From the human T2T-CHM13v2.0 reference genome, Homo sapiens, in assembly GCF_009914755.1 (NCBI RefSeq), contig NC_060948.1: a DNA stretch of 64,000 bases; one strand, written 5' to 3'. A model generated the notes under the pieces. It did not search any database, had not been told where the DNA came from, and was given only the letters and a program-made list of their open reading frames with translations. Shown one piece after another: positions 15,001 through 28,925 of this stretch. The position numbers and the translations under genes are program-made. Numbering within the stretch: position 1 is the first letter of the stretch; the number at the start of each line of letters is the position of its first letter.

Positions 15001-16389
15001 AGAACGGAATGGAATTGAATGGAGTGGACTCGAATGGGATGTACTCGAATGGAATGGAATCGAATGGAATGCAACTGAATGGAACCGAATATAATGGAAT
15101 TGAATGGAGTGTAATGGAATGATATAGAATGGAATGGAATGGAATGGAATCGAATGGACACGAATGGAATGGACTGGTCTGGAAGGGACTGGGAAGGAAT
15201 GCATTGTAGTGGAAAGAACTCAAATGGAATGGAAACGAATGTGAAGGAAGGGAATGGAATTGAATGGCAACAAAAGGAAAGGAATGGAATTGAATCGGAT
15301 GGAATGGAATGGAAGGGAATGGAGTTGAGCGGAATAGAATCTAATGGAATGGCATCGAATGGAATGGAATGGACTAGAATGGAACACACTCAGGTTGAAT
15401 AGAATCAAAAGGAATGGCATCGAATGGATTGGAATGGAATGGAATGGAATGGACCCAAAAGTAATGAACTCGAAAGCAATGGATTCAAATAGAATGGACT
15501 CGAAAGAATTGATCTCGAATGGAATATATTCGAATAGAATCTAAAAGAATGGGAAGCAATAGTATGGATTGCAATAGAAAGGAATGGAATTGAACAGAAT
15601 ATAGCGCAATGGAATGAACTGGAAAAAATGGAATCGAACAGATTGAAATCGAACTGAACAGAATGGAAGGGAATGGAATTGAGTGGAATGGAATGTAATG
15701 GAATGGTCTCAAATGGAATGGACTGGAGTGGAATGGAGACGAATGGAATGGAAACGAATGGAATGGAAAGGGATGGAATGGAATGCAAAGGAATATAATG
15801 GAATTGTTTCAGATGGAATGTAATAGAATGGCTTTGAATGGAATAGATTCAAATGGAATGGCATTGAATGGAATCGAATGGAATGGATTGGAATGGAATG
15901 GAATGAAATGGACCCAAAAGTACTAGGCTGTAATGGAAAGGACTCAAATAGAATGGACTCAAAAGGAATGGTCTTCAAAGGAATTTATGGGAACAGAATG
16001 TAATCGAATGGACTGCAATAGTATGGAACGTAATAGAATGGAGCGGAATAGAATGGAATGAAATGGAATACAATGGAATGGAATAGAAAGGACATGAATA
16101 TACTGGATTACAATGCAATTGATTGGAATGGAATGGAATCAAATGTAATGTAATCAAATGGAAAGGAAGGGTATGCAATGGAATGCAATAGAATGGAATG
16201 CATTGGAATGAAACGCAGTGGAATCAAGTGGAATGGAATCGAATGGAATGGAATCAAATGGAATGGAATCAAATGGAGTGGAAACGAATGGAATGGAATT
16301 GAACAGAATGGAATCGAATAGAAAGGACACGAATGAAATGGACAGGAAAAAAACTGGAACCGATCGGAATGGAGTAGAACAGAATTGAA

Positions 16390-17230
16390 TGGAATGGACT
16401 CGAATCAAATCGAGTATAATGCAATGGAAAGTAATGCGATGGAATCGACTGGAAATGAATTGAATGGAAATGAAAGGAAAAGAATGGAATGGATTTTAAT
16501 GGAAATATATCGAATAGGATAGAATGGAATGAAATGGACCCTAAAGGAAAGGGCTGGAATGGATTGGATGCGAATGGAATGTACTGGAGTTAAATGGACT
16601 CTAATGGAATGGAAACGAATGGAATAGAATGGAAAGACATATAATGAAATGGAATCAGATATAATGGAATGGAATAGAATGGTGTCAAATGGAATAAAAA
16701 CGAAAGGAATGGCCTCAAATGGAATGGAATCCAATTGAATGGAATGGAATCGAATAGAATGTAAACGAATGGAATGGAATTGAATAGAATGAAATGGAAT
16801 GGAAAGGACAAGAATGAAATGGATGGGAACGAAATGGAAGAGAACGGACTGGAGTAGAACGGAAAGGAATGGAATGGAATGGAATGGAATAGAATGTAAT
16901 GGAATGGACTCGAATCAAATGGAGTCTAAAGGAATGGAAAGTAATGCAATGGAATCCAATTGAAATGAATTGAATGTAATTGAAAGAAATAGAATGGAAT
17001 GGAGTGTAAAGGAAATATATGGAATGGGATAGAATGGAATGAAATGGACCCTAAAGGAATGGGCTGCAATGGAATGGATGCGAATGGAATGGACTGGAGT
17101 GAAATGGACTCTAAAGGAATGAAAACTAATGGAATGGAATGGAAAGGCATAGAATGGAATGAAATCAGATGGAATGGAATGGAATGGAATGGAATGGAAT
17201 GGAATGGAATGGAATGGTGTCAAATGGAAT
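16390..17230 (+). repeat. Diverged local tandem duplication, 510 bp period
   Basis: GAAATGGACCCTAAAGGAA(A/T)GGGCTG at 16531 and 17041. Flanking GGACTCGAATCAAAT (16396/16906), GGATGCGAAT and GGTGTCAAAT are shared. Confidence 0.8.
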
Positions 17231-20200
17231 AGAATTGAATGGAATGGCATCAAATGGAATGCAATGGAATGGAATGGAATGGAATGGCCCAAAATATAAT
17301 TTACTAGAAACGAATGGACTCAAAAGAATGGAGTTAAAAGTCATGGTCTCGAATGGAAGTTATTCGAATACAATGTAACTGAAAGGAATGCAATAATATG
17401 CAATGGAATCAAATAAAATGTAATTGAATGGAATGTACCAGAATGGAATGGACTGGAATAGAACGGACTCGAACGTCATGGATTGCAATGTAATTGATTC
17501 AAATGGATTGGAATCGAATGGAATGGAATCGTATGGAATGGAATTGAATGGAATGGACCGGAAAGAAAAGGACAGGAATAGAATGGAAATGAATGTAATG
17601 CATTGCAATGAAATTGATTCGAATTGAATGGAATTGAACGGAATATAAACCAACGGAATGGAATGGAATGGAATGCAATGGAATGGAATGGAATGGAATG
17701 CAATTAAATGGAATGGAATAGAAAGGAATCGATTGGAATGGAATCTAATTGAATGGAATTGAATAGATTGGAATTGAATAAAATGTATTGGGAAGGAATG
17801 GACTCGAATCGAATGGATTGGAACAAAACGGAATCGAACGATTGGAATTGAATGGAACGGAAAGGAATGGAATCGAATCGAATGGAATGGAGTCGAATGG
17901 AATGGAATCAATTGGAATGGAAACGAATGGAATGGAGTAGAACGGAACCAAAAGGAATAGATTGGAAAGGATTGTAATGAAATGTTATCAAATAGAATGG
18001 AGTGGAATGGAATGGAATCACATGGAATCGACTGGAATAGAATGGACACGAATGGAATGTACTGCAGTGGAATGGACTTGAAAGAATGGAAACAAAAGGA
18101 ATGGAATGGAATGGTATGCAAAGGAATTGAATGGAAAGGAATCTAATTGAGTGGAATCGAACCAAACGGAATGGAGTGAAATGGACTCGAATGGAATGGA
18201 GTTAATTGGAATGGAATTGAATGGAATGTAATTGAATGGGTTGGAATTGAATGGAATCAAAAGGAATAGATTGGAATTCAGTGTAATTGAAAGATATCGA
18301 ATGGAACGGAATGGAATGGAATGGACTCACATGGCATGGACTGGAATGGAAAGAACTCGAACGGAATGGAGTCGAAAGCTATGGAATTGAATAGAATAGC
18401 ATTGGAAGAAATGGAATTGAAAGGAATTAAAGGAATTGAATGGTATGGAGTGTAATGGAACGAAATCAAATGGAATGAAATGGAATGAAATGGACTCGAA
18501 TGGAATTGACAGGAAAAGAATGGAATCAAAAGTTATATACGTGAGTGGAATGGACTCGAATGAAATGAACTGGAGTGGAATGGACTAGAATTTAATGGAA
18601 ACGAAAGGAATGGAATGGAATGGAATGGAAATGAATGCAATAGAATGGAATGGAATCTGATAGAATGGAAAGGAATGGAATGCAGTCGTATGGAATAGAA
18701 TCTAATAGACTGACATAAAATGGAAAAATGGAATGGAATTGAATGGAATGGAATGGATTCGAATTGAATGGCCTGGAACGGAATGTAATAGAATGGAATG
18801 GCATCGAACAGAATGGAATGGAATGATATGGAAGGGAATGGAACCAAATGTAATGGAATCGAATGGAATAGACTTAAATAGAATGGACTCTAAAGGAATT
18901 GTTTCAAATGCAATTTATTCGAATAGAATGAAATAGAATGTAATGCAATAGTATGGAATAGAATTGAATGGAATAGAATCGAATGGAATGAACAGGAATG
19001 GAATAGACTGGAATAGAACAGACCCTCATGTAATGGATTGCAATGTAATTGATTCGAATGGAATGGAATCTAATGGAATGGAATCAAACGGAAAAGAGTG
19101 GAATGCAATGTAATGGAATAGAATGGAATGCACTGCAATGGAATGGAACAAAATGGAATGGACTGGAACAAAATGGAATCAAAAAGACTGGAATCGAACT
19201 GAATGGAAAGAAATGTAATGGAGTGGAATGGACTTGCATGGAATGGAGTTGAATGGAATGGAATCGAATGCAATGGAATTCAAAGGAATTGAAGAGAATG
19301 AAATGGATTTGAATGGAATGGAATGGAATAGAATAGAATGGAGTGTAATGGAAATATATCGAATGGAATGAAATGAAATGGATTGGACTCGAATGGAATG
19401 GACTGAAATGGAATGAAATTGAATGGAAAGGAGTGGAGTGGGGTGGACTCGAATGGAAAGGAAACGAATGGAATGGAATGGATTGGAGCGTAATGGAAAG
19501 GAATAGAATGGAATGGAATTCGATGGAATGGAATCGAATGGAGTGTAATGGCAAAGAATCTTATGGGATGGCATTGAATGGAATGGAAAGGTATGGAATG
19601 GAATGGACTGAAAGGAATTGATTCTAGTGGAATGGAATCGAATGGAATTGCATCGAATGCAATGGAATGGAATGGAAACGGATGGACAAAATATAATGGA
19701 CTCGAAGGGAATCGACTCAAATAGAATGGACTCGAAAAAAATAATCTCGAATGGATTTTCTTCATATAGACTGGAATCGAATGTATTGCAATAGTATCGA
19801 AAGGAATTGAATGGAATGGAATCTAATGGAATGTACCAGAATTGAATAGAGTGGAATAGAACGGACATGAATGTAATAGATTGCAATGAAATTGATTCGA
19901 ATTGAATTGAATCAAATGGGATGAAATCAAAAGGAATGGAGTGGAATGCAATGGAATAGAATAGAAACGAATGCAGTGGAAAGAACGGAATGGAATCGAT
20001 TGGAATGGACTGGATTGGAATGGACTCGAATGAAATGGAATGGAAAAATAATGGAATCGTATGGATTTGAATTCAACGGAACGGAACGGAACGGAACGGA
20101 ATGGAATGGAATGGATTCGAATGGAAAATAGTCAAATGGAAAGGAATTGAATGGAATGGAATCGAATGGAATGCAACTGAATGGAATAGAAATGAATACA

Positions 20201-23200
20201 ATGGAATAGAGTGTAATGGAAAGATATAGAGTGTAATGGAATGGAATAGAATGGACTGGAATGGAATGGACGGGAATTCAATGGACTTGAATGGAATTCA
20301 CTGAAGGGGAATGTACTCGAATGGAATGGAAACCAATGGGATGGAATGGAATGGAATTGAAAGGAAAGGAATACAATGTAATGGAAGCTGAAGGAATGGA
20401 ATGGAATGGAATGGAGTGGAATGGAATAAAATCGAATGTAATGGCAAATAACGGAATATAATGGAATGGAAAGGATGTGAATGGAATTGACTCGAGTGTT
20501 AACGAATCGAACGGAATGGCATAAAATGGAATGTAATATCATGGAATGTAATGGAATGGAATATACCCAAATGAAAAGGATTCAAATGCAATGGATTCAA
20601 ATAGAATTGACTCGAAAGAAATGGTCTCAAATGGAATTTATTCGAATAGAACAGAAAAGAATGGGATAAAATAGTATGGAATGCAATCCAATGGAATGGA
20701 ATCGAACGGATGGTAGAGCGATGGAATGGACTGGAACAAATAGGAATCAAAAGGATTGGAATCAAACTGAATGGAACAGAAGGGAATGGAATGGAGTGGA
20801 ATGGAATGGAATGTATTTGAATGGAATGGACTGGAGTGGAATGGACTCGAATGGAACGTTAACGAATGGGAAGGAATGGAATGGAATGGAATGGGATGTA
20901 ATAGAAAGGAATATAAAGGAATGGAATCAATTGGAATGGAAAGGAGTAGAATGGAATAAAATCGAATGGAATGGCATCAAATGGAATGGAATGGATTCGA
21001 ATGGAATGGAATGAAATGAACCCAAATGTACTGAGCTCTAATGGAATTGATTCATATGGAATGGACTCAAAAGGAAAGGTCTTGAAAGGAATTTATTCGA
21101 ATAGAAATCGAATGGACTGCAATAATATGGAATGTAATTGAAAGGAAATGAATGGAATGGATTGGAATGGAATGGAATGGAATAGAATGAACTCGAATGT
21201 ACTGGATTGGAATGCAATTGATTTGAATGGAATGGAATTCAAAGTAATGTAATCAAATGGAATGGAATGGTATGCAAAAAATGCAATAGAATGGAATGCA
21301 ATGCAATGGAACGGAGTGGAATCGAGTGAAATGAAATCGAATGGAATGGAATCAAATTCAACAGAATCAAATGGAATGGAAGCGAATGAAATGGAATTGA
21401 ATGAAATAGAATGGAATGGAAATGACACGAATGAAATGGAAAGGAACAAAATGGAATACAACGGATTGGAGTAGAACGGAATGGAATGGAATGGAAAGGA
21501 ACGGAATTGAAAGGAATAGAACCGACTCAAAAGGAATGGAGTCGAATGTAATGGAAACTAATGCAATGGTATTGAAAGGAATGGAATTGAATGGAATTGA
21601 AACGAATGCAATGGAATGGAGTGTAATTGAAACATATCGAATGGAATTGAATGGAAAGGAATGGACTGGAATGGAATGGATTCCAATGTAATGGACTGGA
21701 GTGAAATGTACTCTAATGGAATGGAAACCAAGGGAATGAATTAGAATGGAAAGGAAAGGCATAGAATGAAATGGAATTGCATATAACGGAATGGAATGAA
21801 ATGGAGTTGAATAGAATCAAATTCATTGGAATGACATCGAATAGAATGGAATGGAATGGAATGGAATGGAATGGAATGGAATGGAATAGTCTCGAATGAA
21901 ATGGAATAGAATGGAATAGAATAGAATGTAAAGGAAAGAATGGAATGGAATGGAATGGACCCAAATGTAATGGGCTCAAATGGAATGGACTCAAATAGAA
22001 TGGACTTGAAAGGAATGGTGTCGAATGGAATTTAATCGAATGGAATGGAAACGAATGCAATCGACCTGAACGGAATGGACTGGAATAGATAGGACTTGAA
22101 CATAATGGACTGCTGCATACTAGATTCGAATGGAATGGAATCGAATGGAATGAAATCAAAAGTAGTGAAATGGAAAGCAATGGAATGGAATATAATGGAA
22201 TGCAATGTAGTGGAACTGAGTGGAATTGAGTGGAATGGAATAGAACGGAATATAATCGAATGGAAAGGAATCAACTGGAGTGAACTGGAATTGAATGTAC
22301 TCGAATGGAACGGACTGGAACAAAATGGAATAGAACGGATTGGAATAGAATGGAACGGAATGGAATGGAATGGAATGGACTCGAGTGGAAAAAAGTCGAA
22401 TGGAATGGAATAGAATGGAATGGAATCAAATGGAATATTATTTAATGGAATCGAAAGGAATAGAATGGAATGGAATCTAATGGAATGATATCGAATGGAA
22501 TGGAATGGAATGGACTCAAATGGAATGGACTACAATGGAATGAACTCAAATGGATTAGAATGGAGTGGAATGGATTCGAATGGAATGGAAATATATGGAA
22601 TGGAATGTAATGGAAATAAATAGAATGGAATGGAATAGGATGGAAAGTAATGGAAATGAAAGGAGTGGAATGGAATGGACTCAAATGGAATGGCATGGAA
22701 TGGAATGGAATGGAATGGAATGGAATGGAATGGACACCAATGGAATTGAATCAAATGGAATGGCATGGAATGGAATGGAATGGAGTGGAATGGGCCCAAA
22801 TGTAATGGACAAGAATGGAATGGACTCACATAGAATGGACCAAAAAGGAATGGTATCAAGCGGAATTTATTCGAATAGAATGGAAAAGAATGGATTGAAA
22901 TAGTATGTAATGGAATGCAATGGAGTAGAATCAAATTGAATGTACCAGAATGGAAAGGACAGGAATAGAATGGACTCGAATGTAATTGATTGCAAAGCAG
23001 TTTATTCGAATGGAGTGGAATCGAATGGAATGAAATGAAATGGAAAGGAATGGAATGCAGTGCAAACGTATGGAACAGAATGGAATGCAATGGAATGGAA
23101 TGGAGTGGAATAGAATGGAATGGAATTGAAAGGTGTGGAATCAAATGCAATGGAATCGAATGGAATGGAATTGAATGAAATCGAAAGGAATAGAATGCAA

Positions 23201-26200
23201 TGGATTGTAATGCAAATATATCCAATGGATTGGAATGGAATTCACTCGAATGGAATAGACTGGAATCTAATGGACTCAAACGGAACGGACTGGAGTGGAA
23301 TGGATTCAAATGCAGTAGACTGGAGTGGAATGGACTCAAAAGGAATGTAAACGAATGGAATGGAACTGAATGGAATGGAATGGAATGAAACAGAATGGAA
23401 AAGAATAGAATGGAATGGAATCGTATGGAACGGAATGGAATGGAATGTTATCAAATGGAATAGAATCGAATGGAATGGCATCAAAAGGAATGAAAGGGAA
23501 TAGAATGGAAACAAATGGAATAGAATCGAATGGAATGACAGAGAATGGAATGGCATGAAATAGTATGGAAAGGAATGCACTCAGAAGTAAAGGACTCAAA
23601 TGGAATTCACTTAAATAGAACGGCATCAAAAGAAATGGACTCTAGTGGAATTCACGCGAATAGAATCAAATAGAATGGAGTGCAATAGTGTGGAAAGGAA
23701 TCGAATGGAATGGAATCGAATGGAATGGAGCTTAATGGACTGGACTGCAGGAGAATTGACTCGAATGTAATGGATTGCAAAGAAATAGTTTGGAATAGAA
23801 TGAAATCCAATGGAATGCAATCGAATGGAATGGAAAGGAATGCATTGGAATAGAATAGAATGGAATGCAATGGAATGAAAGGTAGTGGAATCGAGTGGAA
23901 TGGAATCAAATGGAATGGAATCGAATGGAATGTACTGGAATGGAATCGATTCGAGTGGAATCTACTGGAACAAAATGGAATCAAATGGATTGGAATCAAG
24001 TGGAACAGAATGGAAAGGATTGGAAAGGACTTGAATGGATTGGGGTAGAAAGAAATTGAATCTAATGGGGTGGAATAGAAAAAATAGAAAGAAAAAGAAT
24101 TTAATGGAGTGTGATGGAAACATATGGAATGGAATTGAAAGGAATGTAATGGACTAGAATGGAATGGACTGGAGTGGAATGGACTCGAATGGAATGGAAA
24201 TGAATGGAATGGAATCAATGCAATGGAAAGGGGAAGAATAAAACGGAATCGGATGGAATGAAATGTAATGTAATAGAGTCGAATGGAATAGAATAGAATG
24301 GAATGGAATCGATTGGAATGGAATGCAGTGGAATGGAATGGAATGGAATGGAATGGAATGGAATGGAATGGACTCGAATGGATGAGAATGGAATGGAATG
24401 AAATGGAATGGAAGGGACACAAATGGACCCGAACGGAATGGGCTCTACTAGAATGGAATCGAAAGGAATGGTCTCGAATGGAATTTCTTCAAATAAAATG
24501 GAATGGAATGGAATTCAAAGTATGCAACGGAATCGAATGGAATGGAATCGAATGGAATGCACAAGAATGGAATGGAATGGAATAGAACGTACACAAATAT
24601 AATGGATAGTAATCTAACTGTTTTTAATGGCATGGAATCGAATGGAATGTCGTCAAATATAATGCAATGGAATGCAATGGACTGTAATAGAATGGAATGC
24701 AAAGGAATTGACACAGTGGAATCGAGTGGAATGGAATCAAATGGAATGTAATCGATTTTAAAGGAATCGAAAGGAATGGAATCGAATGGAATGGAATTGA
24801 ATGTATGCCAAAGGAATAGAATGTTATGGAGTGTAATGGAAGTATAATGAATGTAATGTAATGGAATGGAATGGAATCGAATGGAATTGACTGGATTTGA
24901 ATGGACTCGAATGGAATGGAGTGGATTGGAATGAAATGGAATGGAATGGAATGGAATGCAATGGAATGGAATTGGATGGAACGGAATGGAATGGAATGTA
25001 GTCGAATGGCATAGAATTGAATTAAATGGCATCGAATGGATTGGAATTTAATGTAGTGGAAGGGATGTGAATGGAAAGGAATTGAGTGGAAAAGAATGAA
25101 ATGGAATGTCATGGAATGGAATGGAATGGAACGGAATGGAATGGAATGGAATGGAATGGAATAAACCCAAATGTAATGGACTCAAATGGAACGGAATCAT
25201 ATAGGATGCATTAGAAAGGTATGGCCTCGAATGGAATTTATTCGAATAGAATGGAATCAAAAGTAATGCAATAGTATGGAATGCAATCGAATGGAATGCA
25301 ATGAAATGGAATGGAACGGAATGGAATGGACTGGAATACAACAGACTGGAATATAATGGATTGCAATGTAATTGCTTTCAATAGAATGGAACGTAATCAA
25401 ATTGAGTGGAATGGAATGCAATGAAATGGACACGAATGGAATGGACACGAATGGAATGGAATCGAATGGAATGGAATTGAATGGAATCGAAAGGAATAAA
25501 ATGGAAGGGAGTGTAATGGAAATATATCAAATGGAATGGAATGGAATGGAATGGTATTGACTCGAATGGAATGGACTGGAATAAAATGGACTCGAATGAC
25601 ATAGAATCAAATGAAATGGCTTCGACTGGAATGGAAGGGAATGAAATGGAATGGAATGGACCCAAATATAATGGAGTAGAATGGAATGGACTCAAATTAA
25701 ATTGACTCTAAAGGAATGGTATCAAATGGAATTTATTCGAATAGAATGGAATCGAATGGAATGCAAAAGAATGGAATGGCATCGAATGGAATGGAATCCA
25801 ATAGAGTGGACAAGAATGGAAAGGACTGGAATAGAATGGACTCAAATGTCGAAAGTATTGGAATGAAACGTATAGGAATGGAACAGAATGGGCTCGAATG
25901 GAATGGAGTCGAATGGAATGGAATCGAAAGGAATAGAAACAAATGGAATGGAATTGAATGGAATCAAAATGAATAGAATGGAATAGAGTTTAATAAAGAT
26001 ATTGAATGGAATGGAATGGAATGGAAAGGACTGGAATGGAATGGACTTGAATACAATGGACTGTAGTGGAATGAGCTCGAATGGAATGCAAAAGAATTGA
26101 TTGGAATGGAACGAAATGGAATGGAAAGGAATAGAATGGAATGGAATCGGAAGGAATGGATTGGAATTGAATGGATTCGAATGGAATAGAATCAATTGTA

Positions 26201-28459
26201 ATGGCATTGAATGGAATGGAATGGAATGTACTCGAAAGGAATAGATTCGAATGGAATAGAACCCAATGGAATGGCATCGAATGGAAAGGAATGGAATGGA
26301 ATGGAAGCGAATGGACCCAAATGTAATGGACCCGAATGGAATGGACTCAAATAGAATGAACTCAAAATGAATGTTCTCGAATGGATTTTGTTCGAAGAGA
26401 ATGAAATAAAATGGAATGCAATAGTATGGAATGGAATCGAATGGCTTGGAATCAAAAGGAATATTTTGGATGGGAAAGGACTGGAATAGAACAGACTCAA
26501 ATTTAATGGATTGCAATGTAATTGATTCTAATGGAATGGAATCAAATGGAATGTAATCAAATGGAATGGAATGGAATGAAATGGAATAGAATAGAATGGA
26601 ATGTTACCAAATGGAAGGGAATGGAATGCCATGAGATTTAAAACAATGGAATATAATAGAATGGAACAGCGGGAAATCGAGTGGAATGGAATTGAATGGA
26701 ATGAAATGGAATCGAGTGGCCTACAATGGAATAGAACAGAATGCAATGGAGTGTAACAAAATGGAATGGAATGGATTGGAATCAAACGGAACAGAATGGA
26801 ATGGAATGGACTTGAATGGAATGGAACCGATTGGAATGGAAATGAATGCAATCGTAAGGAAGTGAATGGAATGGAGTGTAATGCAATGATATCGAATGGA
26901 ATGGAATGGAACGGAATCAAATGGAATGGAATGGAATGGAATGAACTCGAATGGAATGGAATGAAATGGAATGGACTCGAGTGGAATAGTCAGGAGTTGG
27001 ATGGAATCGAATGGAATGGAAACAAATAGAATGGAATGAAATGGGGTGTCCAAGAATGGAACAGATTAGCATGGAAAGGCATCGAATGGAATGGAATGGA
27101 CTGGAAACGACTGGAGCGAAAATTAAGTGAATCGAATGAAACTGACTAAATTAGAGTGGACTCGAAAGGAACGGTCTCGAATGGAATTTATTCGAATAGA
27201 TTGGAACCGAATGGAATGCAGTAGTATGGAATGGAATCGAATGGAAGGGAATTGAATGGAATGCACTGGAATGGAATGGACTGGAATTAAATGGACTAGA
27301 TTGTAATTTATTGCAATATAATTGATACGATTTCAATGGAATCAAATGGAATGTTATCAAATGGAATAGAGTTGAATGCATTGGAATGGAATAGAAGGGA
27401 ATCCATTCGAATGCAATGGAGTGGAATAGAGTAGAATGGAATCGAATGGAATGGAATCAAATGGAATGGAATGGACTCGAAAAGAATGGACAAGAAAAAA
27501 TGGAATCGAACATATTGGAATTGAAGGAATGGAAAGGAATGGAATGGAATGGACTCAAATGGAGTGGAGTTGAATGGAATGGAACCGAATGGAATGGAAT
27601 CGCATGGAATGGAATTGAATGGAATCAAAAAGAATAGAATGGAATGGAGTGTTATGGAAAGATACTGAATGGAATGGAATGGACTCGAATGGAATGGACA
27701 AGACAGGAATGGACTTGAATAATATGAACTGCAGTGAAATGGACTTGAATGGAATGGAAATGAATGGAATGGAATGAAAAGGAATAGAAATGCATAGAAT
27801 ACAATGGAATCGGATGGAATGGAAGGGAATGGAATGGAGTGGAATGGAATGGAATCAAATGGAATGTACTCGAGTGCAATAGAATGGAATGGAATGGATT
27901 TGAATGAAATGGGAATGAATGGAATGGTTTTGAATGGACCCAAATGTAACGGACTCTAATGGTATGGACTCAAATAGAATGCACTCGAAAGGAAGTGTCT
28001 CGAATGGAGTTGATTCCATTAGAATGGAATTAAATGGAATGCATTAGTATGGAATGGAATCAAATGGAATGGAATCGAATGGAGTGGAAAGGAATGGACT
28101 GGACTGGAAAAGAACGGAATAGAATGTAACGAATAGCAATGTAGTTAATTTGAAGGGAATGGAATCAAATGGAATAGAATCAAATGCAATGCAATGTAAT
28201 GCAATGAATGGGATAGAATGGGTTGCAATGGAATGGAACGGAGTGCAATCGAGTGGAATGGAATGGAATGGAAAGGAATGGAGTAGAAAGGATTGGACTG
28301 GAAGTAAATGGCATTAAACGAATTGTAATCGAATATTATGGAATGGAATGGAATGGAAAGGACTGAAACAAAATGGAACAGAACGGATTGGAATAGAACA
28401 GAACTGAATGGAATGGAATGGAATGGACTCGAATGGAATGGACTGGAATGGAATGGAAT

Positions 28460-28925
28460 GGAACAAAATGGAATCAAATAGAATGGAAATGAGTGGAACG
28501 GAATGGAATGGACTCGAAAGGAATGGAGTCGAAAGGAATGGAATGGAATGGAATGTCATGGAATGGAATCGAAAGGAATAAAATGGAACAGAGTGTAGTG
28601 GAAAGATATCGAATGGAATGGAATGGAATCGAATGGAATGGACTGGAATGGAATGGATTCGAATGGAATGAAATGGAGTGGAATGGTCTCCAATGTAATG
28701 GAAATGAACGGAATGGATTGGAATGGATTCGAAAGAAATGGACTCGAATGCACTGGACTGGAATGGAATGCACTGGAACAAAATGGAATCAAATAGAATA
28801 GAAGTGAGTGGAACGGAATGGAATGGAATCGAATAGAATGGAGTCGAATGGAATGGAATGGAATGGAATGGAATGGAATCAAAAGGAATAAAATGGAACA
28901 GAGTGTAGTGGAAAGATATCGCATG
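28460..28925 (+). repeat. Local tandem duplication, ~310 bp period
   Basis: AAGGAATAAAATGGAACAGAGTGTAGTGGAAAGATATCG occurs twice (GAGTGTAGTG at 28591 and 28901). GAACAAAATGGAATCAAATAGAAT..TGAGTGGAACGG is at ~28461 and ~28776. Confidence 0.8.

Noticed and set aside
19750-24500. Third copy of the ~5 kb fossil repeat (TTTCTTCA at ~19757 and ~24484)
   Set aside because: This is a single short shared variant at a different offset (~4.7 kb), too weak without an alignment.
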